From Escherichia coli O157 typing phage 15, in sequence record KP869113: a DNA stretch of 64,000 nucleotides. One strand, given 5' to 3'. Both the position numbers and the translations under genes were made by a program. This document shows positions 16,684 through 25,626 of the stretch, in pieces. The notes beneath the pieces are model-generated. The model was not told the DNA's origin and ran no database searches. It saw only the letters and a program-made list of their open reading frames with translations. Numbering within the stretch: the stretch's first letter is position 1; the number at the start of each line of letters is the position of its first letter.

Positions 16684-17025
16684 TTAACTTATGAAGATTT
16701 TTTCAGGCTTTACATAGCTGATACGCTGACTTTTTAGCAGGTCATCCCAGATTAAAGCGGCAATATGTGCATAACCGGATTCACGTAAAAGCTTCATTGT
16801 TTTACTTCTCGTTTCAAAACGGCTTGCGTAGTATTCACTGTTCAAGGTCGTTTTATTCCCTTCGTTATCTGTATGGATGATTTGCATCACTTGAAAGGGG
16901 CTTACACCCTCGCCTTTGTTCCACTGTTCAAAGTATTTTAGGCACTGCATAGGTGACATCTTATCACTTACTTGAGTTGACCAAGATGAGCCAGCTTTAT
17001 CGGTAATTACGGTTACATAAGCCAT
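16684..17025 (-). CDS. hypothetical protein
   Basis: 113-aa ORF behind family-B cassette. Confidence 0.5.
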   Translation of the reverse strand: MAYVTVITDKAGSSWSTQVSDKMSPMQCLKYFEQWNKGEGVSPFQVMQIIHTDNEGNKTTLNSEYYASRFETRSKTMKLLRESGYAHIAALIWDDLLKSQRISYVKPEKIFIS

Positions 17026-17110
17026 TTTAGAATCTCCAGTTTAGGATTGAGTGGTAAAGCTCTTTATCTGGGGCTTACTATACAGACTAATAAGCCCCAT
17101 GTAAAGTACT
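17026..17110 (-). promoter_or_regulatory. upstream cassette family B (hairpin GGGGCTTA...TAAGCCCC plus palindromic TTGTAAAGTACTTTA motif)
   Basis: gaatctccagtttaggattgagtggtaaagctctttatctggggcttactatacagactaataagccccatgtaaagtacttta; minus-strand reading gives TTTACA-17nt-TAAAGT (sigma70-like). Confidence 0.55.
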
Positions 17111-17359
17111 TTAAGCGTCTTTATATTCTATCTCTGTGCACTCACCTTTTACTAGCTCAAAGGTCCAAATAATTCGTTTATACTCAATCACTACTACAGT
17201 AACAAGGTCAGTCCTCTTCTCATTGGTTTTAAAGTCTATTGTGTGGGTATACTCATAACTAGTCTTATCCTTAATTTCCCCGTAGCGTCTACACTCTTTA
17301 TAGACTTCATCCATTAAGCCATTGCTAACCATGTTTTTTAGTTGAGTTTTAGTATACAT
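17111..17359 (-). CDS. hypothetical small protein
   Basis: 82-aa ORF. Confidence 0.5.
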   Translation of the reverse strand: MYTKTQLKNMVSNGLMDEVYKECRRYGEIKDKTSYEYTHTIDFKTNEKRTDLVTVVVIEYKRIIWTFELVKGECTEIEYKDA

Positions 17360-17452
17360 TTTTTGGAATCTCCTAGTTTAAGGACTTTACTTAGTGGGGA
17401 AGGTCATTCCCTCCCCGTTGATTGATAATTTACAGACTTTTATCAGGCTTGT
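17360..17452 (-). promoter_or_regulatory. upstream cassette family A
   Basis: conserved hairpin plus RBS. Confidence 0.6.
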
Positions 17453-17686
17453 CTAGTCTTTTTCAATGATAATTTCATATTGACCATCGACACTGTCGAA
17501 ATAGATTCCTTCGTCATCTTCTGTCTTAAAGTAACATTGTATATCATCACTGGCGGGGTAGTCTTGTCTTGCTATCTGGCAAACTTGAATAGCATTTTCT
17601 TTACTTCCTGTAAACTCTTCAAGCCCTTTAAAGTCACATGAATGGCCGTTACAAATGGAAAGGATGAGATAAATGGTTGTAAGCAT
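17453..17686 (-). CDS. hypothetical small secreted or membrane protein
   Basis: 77-aa ORF with hydrophobic N-terminus MLTTIYLILSICNG. Confidence 0.45.
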   Translation of the reverse strand: MLTTIYLILSICNGHSCDFKGLEEFTGSKENAIQVCQIARQDYPASDDIQCYFKTEDDEGIYFDSVDGQYEIIIEKD

Positions 17687-17752
17687 GATTTAAGCCCTCT
17701 AAAAGCCCCTGTAAGGGGTTAATCAGTGTTTATAAGGTGAATGTATAGGTTT

Positions 17753-18295
17753 TTAGAAAAAGACCTTTAAATCACTCTCTACAATGTTTTCTGTCAGTGT
17801 ATCCATGATGTCACAAAAAACCTGAATACTGTCGGATTGTTGGATACTTTTAGCAAGTAGCTCCAATGTTTCATCAAGATAATTTAAATTTGGGTTATCC
17901 AGTGAAGGGAGACAAAAAGGTGAATACATAGCGTTGAACTCTGTTGTATAGACCTTTTTAATCCAATTTACATCAAAGTACTCTGTAAAGCTTGCTATAT
18001 TTGACATGTTATCACAAGAATAATCATCATTTAGCTCATCCTCTGGAATGTCAAGTTCTAAGATAACAATATTTTGAGTTTTCATCTGAAAAGCTGCCGT
18101 GATAGTGGCATTTCCTAGAGCTTGCTGGATACCTTCCGATGCTATCTCTTCCTCATCATCACCATAGAGTTTATTTTCTGGGTACACGTAAAAATTGCCG
18201 TCCATATCCGAACAATTCCATACACCTGATGGTTTATCACCGTTATTAATCAGGTTGATAAAGTTTTCTTGAGTAGTACCGTGAAAGCATTTCAT
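17753..18295 (-). CDS. hypothetical protein
   Basis: 180-aa ORF behind family-B cassette. Confidence 0.5.
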   Translation of the reverse strand: MKCFHGTTQENFINLINNGDKPSGVWNCSDMDGNFYVYPENKLYGDDEEEIASEGIQQALGNATITAAFQMKTQNIVILELDIPEDELNDDYSCDNMSNIASFTEYFDVNWIKKVYTTEFNAMYSPFCLPSLDNPNLNYLDETLELLAKSIQQSDSIQVFCDIMDTLTENIVESDLKVFF

Positions 18296-18388
18296 TTTGA
18301 ATCTCCTAGTTTAAGGATTTAGTGGTAAAGCTCTTTATCTGGGGCTTACTTTATCGAACTATAAGCCCCTTGTAAAGTACTTTATCAG
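18296..18388 (-). promoter_or_regulatory. upstream cassette family B
   Basis: conserved hairpin ggggcttac...ataagcccc plus palindromic motif. Confidence 0.55.
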
Positions 18389-18586
18389 TTAATTTTTGAC
18401 AACTTTTAAAACTGCAAGATAACCTAAGCAATAAGAATCACCGAAGAGAGTTCTACCCATGAAAGAATCATCTTTGATATCCTTTGCAGTGACTGTTTTT
18501 TCTACGCCGTGGGAAAGAACTACATCACCAACTTTAATGTCTTTGATGTGCGTGGTTTCAATGGTTAAACCGTTGATAATAGCCAT
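18389..18586 (-). CDS. hypothetical small protein
   Basis: 65-aa ORF. Confidence 0.45.
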   Translation of the reverse strand: MAIINGLTIETTHIKDIKVGDVVLSHGVEKTVTAKDIKDDSFMGRTLFGDSYCLGYLAVLKVVKN

Positions 18587-18687
18587 TTTGAATCTCCTAG
18601 TTTAAGGACTTTACTTAGTGGGGAAGGTCATTCCCTCCCCGTTGATGTGTAATTTAATCTATCTAAAAATCAGTGTCAATAAAATTT
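18587..18687 (-). promoter_or_regulatory. upstream cassette family A plus conserved gatgtgtaatttaatctatctaaaaatcagtgtcaa box
   Basis: the box recurs at 19500-19540. Confidence 0.55.
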
Positions 18688-19092
18688 TTAGAGTTCTGCA
18701 TAAATTGCGTCGCAGATGTCACGAAAGTCATGATTTGCCAAATTACGTTGTAACCAAGTGGCAAAGAAATCAGCGATTGCAAAATTAGCATCATACTCAA
18801 CAGATAGCCACACTTTCACGGCAAATCTAAACATTTTCAAGTCTAACTCTTTATTCATTACCTTAGATTTGCCTAACATGTCGACCATTTCATATTGTGC
18901 ACCGTCTAGCGTGATACCTGCTGCAACGTCAGCCAATGAGTTTTTTACGTTTTCAACGTCTAAGATAACGCTTTGAATCTTTCCGATAATGTTGTGCAAT
19001 GTTTCATCCGGTGCTGATGATGTAATAACATTGATTCGATTAACGGTTAAACGTGCTTTTAAGATTGACAACTCACGATTATTAATAGCCAT
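18688..19092 (-). CDS. hypothetical protein
   Basis: 134-aa ORF. Confidence 0.5.
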   Translation of the reverse strand: MAINNRELSILKARLTVNRINVITSSAPDETLHNIIGKIQSVILDVENVKNSLADVAAGITLDGAQYEMVDMLGKSKVMNKELDLKMFRFAVKVWLSVEYDANFAIADFFATWLQRNLANHDFRDICDAIYAEL

Positions 19093-19177
19093 TTTAGAAT
19101 CTCCAATTTAGGATTGAGTGGTAAAGCTCTTTATCTGGGGCTTACTGTACAGACTAATAAGCCCCCTGTAAAGTACT
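19093..19177 (-). promoter_or_regulatory. upstream cassette family B
   Basis: conserved hairpin plus palindromic motif. Confidence 0.55.
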
Positions 19178-19450
19178 TTATACTAAATGCAGTTTTTTAC
19201 CTTTTACTATGATGTAACTTGATGTGCTATTGCTACATACATCCTGATAAATTCTGCGCAAACGTCCTTCATAGTATACTTTCCAGCTAGTTGGAATCTT
19301 TTTGCCGTATCCGGTAGCAGTTTTTTGGAGTCCTGCGACTTGCCAATCTAAGATATGTTGCTCAGCCTGTAAATCCTCAAAGTGCATCACACCGTCTACA
19401 TAGTGACGTAGAGTGACATTTAAAGTGCGACCGTTGTTAGTAGTATACAT
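19178..19450 (-). CDS. hypothetical protein
   Basis: 90-aa ORF. Confidence 0.5.
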   Translation of the reverse strand: MYTTNNGRTLNVTLRHYVDGVMHFEDLQAEQHILDWQVAGLQKTATGYGKKIPTSWKVYYEGRLRRIYQDVCSNSTSSYIIVKGKKLHLV

Positions 19451-19539
19451 TTTAGAATCTCCTAGTTTAAGGACTTTATTTAGTGGGGTGTTTATTGCCT
19501 CCCCGTTGATGTGTAATTTAATCTATCTAAAAATCAGTG
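19451..19539 (-). promoter_or_regulatory. upstream cassette family A (variant hairpin ggggtgtttattgcctcccc)
   Basis: variant of the family-A hairpin with the same flanking RBS block. Confidence 0.5.
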
Positions 19540-19872
19540 TCAACAGTTTTGTTTTCGTTTGCTCAACTCTTGAACAATTACAGTATGATAGTCTTTTAAG
19601 TCACTAATATTTAAAGCATTTATCAGAGAATTATAATCATCGACTAATTGAAAATCATCTTTGAAAATGTCGCTGATTTGATAAGTTCTCGCCCTGAATC
19701 TGAAGCTCATTTCTAACCGCTTTAATTGTTCATCGCTCAACCGCTCTAGAAAGCTCATTACAAGGCTATTGCTAACCTGTTGTGTGATTGCCTTATTTGC
19801 TAGATTATAGGCTTTATATGCCTTATAGAGCGCGAAAATGGCAATGATTGCAGTGATACCAGTCATTAACAT
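19540..19872 (-). CDS. hypothetical protein with C-terminal hydrophobic segment
   Basis: 110-aa ORF. Confidence 0.45.
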   Translation of the reverse strand: MLMTGITAIIAIFALYKAYKAYNLANKAITQQVSNSLVMSFLERLSDEQLKRLEMSFRFRARTYQISDIFKDDFQLVDDYNSLINALNISDLKDYHTVIVQELSKRKQNC

Positions 19873-20162
19873 GGTGCTTCCTCTTTACGTGATACTTTGC
19901 CATTTACAGTTATCTCATAAGAATCTAGTAAATCGCTTTTAGATTTGACAGGACTTTTAAGAGTATCATCATAGATATTAACTTGCAATACAGGTTTTTT
20001 ATACTCCCTGCAACTATTCCATAAGCAAATCACTACACGACGACCTTTTATTTTGCCGTGTAACCATTCCATAACATCATGGCTATTTCTTGATGTTTCA
20101 ATGAAATCAATTTTGTTGAGTAATTTGCTTAGATTTTCACGAACTTTATTTGATAATTTCAT
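19866..20162 (-). CDS. hypothetical protein
   Basis: 98-aa ORF. Confidence 0.45.
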   Translation of the reverse strand: MKLSNKVRENLSKLLNKIDFIETSRNSHDVMEWLHGKIKGRRVVICLWNSCREYKKPVLQVNIYDDTLKSPVKSKSDLLDSYEITVNGKVSRKEEAPC

Positions 20163-20250
20163 TTTTGAATCTCCAGTTTAGGATTGAGTGGTAAAGCTCT
20201 TTATCTGGGGCTTAAGATACCAACTTTTAAGCCCCTTGTAAAGTACTTTA
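20163..20250 (-). promoter_or_regulatory. upstream cassette family B
   Basis: conserved hairpin plus palindromic motif. Confidence 0.55.
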
Positions 20251-20541
20251 TCAGTTAATTTTCAGCTTTGCATAACCTCTCATTGTACGAATTGGAGATG
20301 TTAAGGCTACGCGTCTAATATATGCCTTTTTCGTGTATACATTTGTCTTTCCGATAGTGTTTACACATGTAAAAAGATTTATTGGTGAATTTTTTAACTT
20401 CAACTGTTTATCAGCCTTCACACCCCATCTTACAGCAGATTGTTTTCCGTTGTCAACCACTTTCCCGCCTAACTTTTTCGCCATGATGCGAGCGTCATCA
20501 CGAGTTTTTACAGGAATTACAACGTTTTTGATAGTAGCCAT
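20251..20541 (-). CDS. hypothetical protein
   Basis: 96-aa ORF. Confidence 0.5.
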   Translation of the reverse strand: MATIKNVVIPVKTRDDARIMAKKLGGKVVDNGKQSAVRWGVKADKQLKLKNSPINLFTCVNTIGKTNVYTKKAYIRRVALTSPIRTMRGYAKLKIN

Positions 20542-20629
20542 TTTTGAATCTCCAATTTAGGATTTAGTGGTAAAGCTCTTTATCTGGGGCTTACTTTATC
20601 GAACTATAAGCCCCTTGTAAAGTACTTTA
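20542..20629 (-). promoter_or_regulatory. upstream cassette family B
   Basis: conserved hairpin plus palindromic motif. Confidence 0.55.
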
Positions 20630-21010
20630 TCAGTTAATTTTGAAGATTGTTACATAACCATCACTACCGATTATTTGAGACACTCCAGCTTTTTCTACTT
20701 GATAGCCCATATTTTCAAGATGATAAACAGCATCATCGTAACCATATGCGCCACCCTGATAACGTCTCTTATCGCATCTTATCAGGTTTTTACCACGTCC
20801 AGCAAGTGCATGTAAAATGGCTTTTTCACTTGAAAGAGTACCATCTAGCATTGTCGCCGTGTAATGGTTAATTTTATTCCCATTGATATCATACTTAAAA
20901 TTAAACGAGTGAACAACAATAACGTTACCTTTAAAATTCTCATCAAGTGACTTCTCCAGTGCGTTGCGAAAGTTGTCTTTGTTGATGAATTTAGGTGCAC
21001 GATATGCCAT
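20630..21010 (-). CDS. hypothetical protein
   Basis: 126-aa ORF. Confidence 0.5.
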   Translation of the reverse strand: MAYRAPKFINKDNFRNALEKSLDENFKGNVIVVHSFNFKYDINGNKINHYTATMLDGTLSSEKAILHALAGRGKNLIRCDKRRYQGGAYGYDDAVYHLENMGYQVEKAGVSQIIGSDGYVTIFKIN

Positions 21011-21101
21011 TTTTGAATCTCCTAGTTTAAGGGTTGATTTGGTAAAGCTCTTTATCTGGGGCTTAAGATATCAGCTTTTAAGCCCCTTGTAAAGTACTTT
21101 A
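21011..21101 (-). promoter_or_regulatory. upstream cassette family B
   Basis: conserved hairpin plus palindromic motif. Confidence 0.55.
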
Positions 21102-21308
21102 TTAGGCATCGTAGTAATAAACTGCTGTCTGTCTTATGTACTTTCTTGTATTTCTTGTAAGGTAGCAATTAGAGTTTATAGCTGTTTCTACATAGTTGCA
21201 ATAGTCAGCCTCTGATATTCTAGACCATGCGCCACATACTTGCATGTAAAAACGTTTTACCTTTGTGTTAACGTTAGTTGTAACCATCAATTCACGACTA
21301 TAAAGCAT
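21102..21308 (-). CDS. hypothetical small protein
   Basis: 68-aa ORF; first gene of the array. Confidence 0.4.
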   Translation of the reverse strand: MLYSRELMVTTNVNTKVKRFYMQVCGAWSRISEADYCNYVETAINSNCYLTRNTRKYIRQTAVYYYDA

Positions 21309-21814
21309 TTTCGATTCTCCAGTTTAGGAAGTGGGCTTGCTTGCCCGTCTGATGCAAATAGTACGTAAACTTGTTTGGCGTGTCAACGGTTTTTATTAAA
21401 TATTTTTTGTAAGGTTGGGAAATGAACGGGCGCGCACGACTACCACAAAACAGAACACAAATCAAGAATTATTTTTCAACCCGCTACAAATTTTTCTCTT
21501 GACTTTTGGGGAGAGGTGGAGTAAGAGGGGGAGAGGGGTTGGTCTGGCTCTCTATAAAAACCTACCTGCACGATTCTAAAATGATTTTTCTTGCCCGACC
21601 TGAGCGGGGTCTGCACGTTTTGAAAATGAAAAAGCTCTTTGGAGATTACCTGCACAGTTTGAAAATGAATTTTCTCTTTGGAGTTCAAAATTCTCTCTAC
21701 AGATTTCTCTACAGAACTCTACCTGCACAATCCTGAAATGAAAAAGCCCTCCTTACCTGAAAAATTTACCAGATAAAGAAGGCTTAGTCTATTGTGAATA
21801 TTATACAGAGTTTC
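21309..21814. repeat. non-coding region with four iteron-like direct repeats (CTGCACnnTTnTGAAAATGA) and a G-rich tract
   Basis: repeats at about 21566, 21611, 21648 and 21722; gggagaggtggagtaagagggggagagggg at 21511-21540; no credible ORF. Confidence 0.55.
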
Positions 21815-22600
21815 TTAGTTCTTTGCGTCTAAGAAGGTAACTTCTGGTGAAGAGAAGACCGTCTCGATATCCTCATCAGTTCTTGCATAAATATATGTAT
21901 CTGCATCACTGCCAAATGTTACGGCTATCCTGTGATTGCTCTTCGACAGGTGGGTAACTAGAGCGTTACTTAGAGACATCTTCTCAACCGGAGGGTTACT
22001 TTGATGTATCTTACCTTTTCTTCGTCTGAAGAGGGTAACTGTATCATCTTTGAACGTTACTACACCTGCAAAGTATTCTGGTTCACAGTAGTTATTCCAA
22101 CCTGAGCGTAACTTGTGGTACATCTCTCCTTCGTAGACATACAGATAAACATCTACACTCTTCATCACCTGATTAATGATAACTGTGACGGCTTGAGGGT
22201 CAAGTCCACCGATACCTGCACCAATCATAGGTAAACCAACCTTCTTCAACTGATTAACTTCACAGTATCTGTTAAGCTGTTTCAAAGATGACTCTAAAGC
22301 ACTGTATCGGGCATCTTTACCAGTCTTAAGCTGAGTGTAAAGGTTAGCTATACGACCTTGTTTTAAACGTGCTACAGAGAAATTACCCAGTAAATTTTCA
22401 CAGGGTTTGTGTCCTATACCACCTGCATACAGATAAACTTCTGTATCGGTCTCATATGCTTTTGGGTAAAGTTTAGAAATCTTGTCAGCGATACCTGCAC
22501 CCATTAAATTCATACAGTTGCAACCGTGACCGATGATGTCAAACTTACCTTTATCAAATGCGGCAAAGATATCACCATTAATTATTTTTACAATACCCAT
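21815..22600 (-). CDS. macro domain protein (ADP-ribose binding or hydrolase-like)
   Basis: N-terminus IINGDIF...DIIGHGCNCMNLMGAGIA resembles the macro-domain GDIT / N-x-x-N / G-x-G signature. Confidence 0.5.
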   Translation of the reverse strand: MGIVKIINGDIFAAFDKGKFDIIGHGCNCMNLMGAGIADKISKLYPKAYETDTEVYLYAGGIGHKPCENLLGNFSVARLKQGRIANLYTQLKTGKDARYSALESSLKQLNRYCEVNQLKKVGLPMIGAGIGGLDPQAVTVIINQVMKSVDVYLYVYEGEMYHKLRSGWNNYCEPEYFAGVVTFKDDTVTLFRRRKGKIHQSNPPVEKMSLSNALVTHLSKSNHRIAVTFGSDADTYIYARTDEDIETVFSSPEVTFLDAKN

Positions 22601-22801
22601 TTAACATCTCTCCCAAGATTCTTTGTCTTCTGAAGGTTTTACACGTTGTCCTTCGTGGTCTACCCAGATGCACCCACAACCTTCACAGATTACTGGCATT
22701 GCATAACCAGCTTTAAAGTCATCTTCAGTGATAAGACCTTTTAAGTCACCTGTATCACGTCCGAACATTTCGATAGAACAGTCTTTGCAGAAGTCAGCCA
22801 T
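22601..22801 (-). CDS. hypothetical Cys-rich small protein
   Basis: CKDC...CEGCGC motifs; start moved to internal Met with GAGG RBS. Confidence 0.4.
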   Translation of the reverse strand: MADFCKDCSIEMFGRDTGDLKGLITEDDFKAGYAMPVICEGCGCIWVDHEGQRVKPSEDKESWERC

Positions 22802-23021
22802 TGATAATTGCCTCTTGAATGATGATACCTTTACCACAACGGCTTTTAAAATCTTCCAACGGTTGGGAGATGAAGCCACGCAAGCAATCACTAAACACTA
22901 AGTTTTTCCTGTAGGCTATCACATCGTTTGCTGTAAACGGGATGACTTCATTTCTTCCAATGAATACTGCTGACCGGATGAGTTTCCGTGTCTTTTTATC
23001 TCTGGCTAGAATTACTCTCAT
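22794..23021 (-). CDS. hypothetical protein
   Basis: 75-aa ORF. Confidence 0.4.
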   Translation of the reverse strand: MRVILARDKKTRKLIRSAVFIGRNEVIPFTANDVIAYRKNLVFSDCLRGFISQPLEDFKSRCGKGIIIQEAIING

Positions 23022-23361
23022 AGTTTACCTTCTCAGTTAGCTCATATAAATCAACATGCTCAATACTATCAATGTTGATATCAATCTTTTTGAAGCGTTC
23101 TATCACTTCGTTGTCAGTCATCCATATCAGACACCAATGATTCTGAATGGATTCTTCAAGAAGGTCAACACAATCTTTAAAAGTTTTTGTATCACTTCTC
23201 GTTCCAACTACTGCGATTGTTCCATATAGCCACCCACCATTGCCATAAGATACTTGCGCTACGCCAACTTCTTTACCTTTCTCGTAGTAAACGGCTACAA
23301 AGTCTCTTCCATTAATCTGCATTTGTAAGTTCCTCTGTTGGTAATTCACCATTTTCAGCAA
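22996..23361 (-). CDS. hypothetical protein
   Basis: 121-aa ORF. Confidence 0.45.
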   Translation of the reverse strand: MLKMVNYQQRNLQMQINGRDFVAVYYEKGKEVGVAQVSYGNGGWLYGTIAVVGTRSDTKTFKDCVDLLEESIQNHWCLIWMTDNEVIERFKKIDINIDSIEHVDLYELTEKVNYESNSSQR

Positions 23362-23626
23362 AGTATTGAAGGTACGGCAACAACTCTTTTACCTGTTCTT
23401 GATTGAGCTTCATTCTTTGATTACCTATAAAATCTTTACCAACTAATGCTGGGATATCAAGTGTTTTCCAGCCATTATCTAGGTACTGAACAGAGACCTC
23501 TTTAGCACCTAACCAGATACATGGTTCGTATGATGAACTCTCTTGTAAAGTACAAATTTCCCCTTTAGCATCTTTAAATTCTGCATAAGAAAATCCACGA
23601 TTTGTTGGCTGGAATTGCATAATCAT
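23312..23626 (-). CDS. hypothetical protein
   Basis: 104-aa ORF. Confidence 0.45.
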   Translation of the reverse strand: MIMQFQPTNRGFSYAEFKDAKGEICTLQESSSYEPCIWLGAKEVSVQYLDNGWKTLDIPALVGKDFIGNQRMKLNQEQVKELLPYLQYFAENGELPTEELTNAD

Positions 23627-23895
23627 TTCCTCGTTTTAAGAACTGCTAAGATTTCTTTAGAGTCTGGTAGGAACCATGTGTAGTGATTCTCTTTGATTTC
23701 TGGATGAGTGTCAACCTTTATTTTGCACTCTTTACCAACATGCTTAAGCTGTGCTGTGATACCTTGCATAAAGATGTGACACATTACATTATCCATAATC
23801 GTAGGTAAGAAATCAATCCTCATGTAAGTATCTTTCGGTCTCGGTAGAAGTAAGTAACCTTCTGTGTAGAAAGTTTCATCATTACTTTGTGTCAT
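23623..23895 (-). CDS. hypothetical protein
   Basis: 90-aa ORF. Confidence 0.45.
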   Translation of the reverse strand: MTQSNDETFYTEGYLLLPRPKDTYMRIDFLPTIMDNVMCHIFMQGITAQLKHVGKECKIKVDTHPEIKENHYTWFLPDSKEILAVLKTRK

Positions 23896-24161
23896 TACTG
23901 CTTATTCCCTAATAAAATCATATCAATCAAGTTGTTAGCTTTCATAGTACACTGATAGTACCCGTCACGATAAAACTCAAGGGCTTCTGATAAGTCTGCA
24001 CCAGTGTTACCTTTGACAGCATATCTTACATCTTCCTGAGTGTACTTATCACTTTCACTTACTTGGGAGTTTTTGAATGTATTGCTCACTTTGTTCGTTG
24101 AACACCCTGACATAGTTATCAGTAACACAAACATTATAAAACTCTGGCTTAGTCTTTTCAT
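23895..24161 (-). CDS. lipoprotein, candidate o-spanin
   Basis: signal peptide with lipobox-like ITMSGC; overlaps the 3' end of the upstream TM protein gene by about 107 nt. Confidence 0.4.
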   Translation of the reverse strand: MKRLSQSFIMFVLLITMSGCSTNKVSNTFKNSQVSESDKYTQEDVRYAVKGNTGADLSEALEFYRDGYYQCTMKANNLIDMILLGNKQ

Positions 24162-24402
24162 ATGTCAGTACCTCTTTTGTGTGCTTATTCTTAGCAAGCA
24201 CGTCTTTCAAATCATTTTTGTAATTGGTGCTCAGTGTAGCTAATCCTTCCTGATAAGCATCTTTAGCAACACTTATTAGCTTCTGGTTGTTTAGCTCAGT
24301 TTCAGCAACTTGGTAGTCTCTGTAAGAGTATCCTCCCCAGACACCTGCCCCAACTAAGAAAACAATTATGAAAGTAGCTTGACAGAACTCTTTAAATGTC
24401 AT
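24055..24402 (-). CDS. N-terminal TM protein, candidate i-spanin
   Basis: single N-terminal TM helix FIIVFLVGAGVWGGY followed by a charged helical region; overlapped by the lipoprotein gene. Confidence 0.4.
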   Translation of the reverse strand: MTFKEFCQATFIIVFLVGAGVWGGYSYRDYQVAETELNNQKLISVAKDAYQEGLATLSTNYKNDLKDVLAKNKHTKEVLTYEKTKPEFYNVCVTDNYVRVFNEQSEQYIQKLPSK

Positions 24403-24419
24403 TTAACAATCTCCTGAAA

Positions 24420-24447
24420 TGAAAAAGGCTCCCGAAGGAGCCTGTAT
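24420..24447 (-). terminator. rho-independent terminator (minus strand)
   Basis: aggctcc-cgaa-ggagcct stem; A run on the plus strand gives a U tract on the minus transcript. Confidence 0.55.
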
Positions 24448-24454
24448 CTTAACC

Positions 24455-24934
24455 TTAACCGAGGACTTTAGCAAGGATATTTGCAGCCATCGAAGAAGCT
24501 TTTGCAGCAGCAACTACGCCAGCTTTGACAGTGCTATCCTTAATAGCAGATACCGTTGCAGCATCAGTAAAGAGATAAGTGATTGTTTTGGAACCACTTG
24601 TAAAGGAAAGCATAAGGGTAGTTTCCAGATTGAAAGAGCGATACGGAGCACCTTCTTTAACGATACCTTCAGCACCTAACTCTGAAGCCTTACCCATATC
24701 ATAGATAGTCATCAGGTTTTCTTTGTGTGCAGTCGTTGAACCAACACCTTTTACGTGCTTCTTAACGTTCAACAATGCACGATATTCACGAATGCTACCA
24801 TCAGCTTTTACATTAACAGCACGGAAAATTTTACCTTCAAAGTTACCTTGAATCATTTTACGAACTACTTCAGATTTGTTTGCCGTATCGTCCAGTGCTA
24901 CCGTAATGATATTGTTCATAAGTTCTTCTCTCAA
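24455..24934 (-). CDS. hypothetical protein
   Basis: 159-aa ORF. Confidence 0.5.
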   Translation of the reverse strand: MREELMNNIITVALDDTANKSEVVRKMIQGNFEGKIFRAVNVKADGSIREYRALLNVKKHVKGVGSTTAHKENLMTIYDMGKASELGAEGIVKEGAPYRSFNLETTLMLSFTSGSKTITYLFTDAATVSAIKDSTVKAGVVAAAKASSMAANILAKVLG

Positions 24935-25626
24935 TGTTTAACTAACATGGTTTTAATGTGTGGAAGGATTCTGTTTACCTTCTGAACATTCTTCTCTGTA
25001 TCTTCTATAAAGCATACTATATTAAAGTAAGGAAGAATGCAAGACTGAATCATCCTCACTTTCAAACTTTCTGCACTTATAGAGTTAGTTCCAAAACCAC
25101 GCATAAAAAGCAAGTAATCATGCTCTATATTGTGCCTTAAAAACATCTCAGTAGGTATTCTCTGAGATTCACCTCTTGCTGTCAAGAGTCCAACTGCTGC
25201 ATGATTTGCAATTGCATCAATAATGTTGAAAACATATGTTGGTTTTGCTCTTACAGAATCAAGAAGATTAGTGTACTGTGAGAATGACCCATCAGTCAAT
25301 TCCGTTGAGCAATCTTCGTGATTAAAATTTGTAAGAACACCATCAATATCTGCTAAGATGAGGTTACCTTTTTCTACAAGGTCTTTATTGACTATCACTA
25401 AACTATCACGCCTTACACCTATAGTTTGTCCAGTCTCTTTGTCCACAACGTTCACAATGGGTTCTGATGTGTGGAACTCTTCAAGTGAACATACAACCTC
25501 TCTTGCAGTGTCTTCAAAATCTCTGCACTGTTCTGGAGTCCATACACAGGAATCAAGACCTAACTCATGAGGATGCAAGTCATAAGCGTGGCACAGGACT
25601 TCATCAGACTTTCTTAATTTTTTCAT
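24931..25626 (-). CDS. HAD-superfamily phosphatase or nucleotidase-like protein
   Basis: LILADIDGVL (DxDG motif I), GLLTAR (motif II), later FIED acidic motif. Confidence 0.45.
   Translation of the reverse strand: MKKLRKSDEVLCHAYDLHPHELGLDSCVWTPEQCRDFEDTAREVVCSLEEFHTSEPIVNVVDKETGQTIGVRRDSLVIVNKDLVEKGNLILADIDGVLTNFNHEDCSTELTDGSFSQYTNLLDSVRAKPTYVFNIIDAIANHAAVGLLTARGESQRIPTEMFLRHNIEHDYLLFMRGFGTNSISAESLKVRMIQSCILPYFNIVCFIEDTEKNVQKVNRILPHIKTMLVKH

Noticed and set aside
21476-21736. ORFs 21506..21736 (+) and 21476..21688 (-)
   Set aside because: They fall in the iteron-like repeat region; the apparent protein sequence is generated by the direct repeats and G-rich tract.
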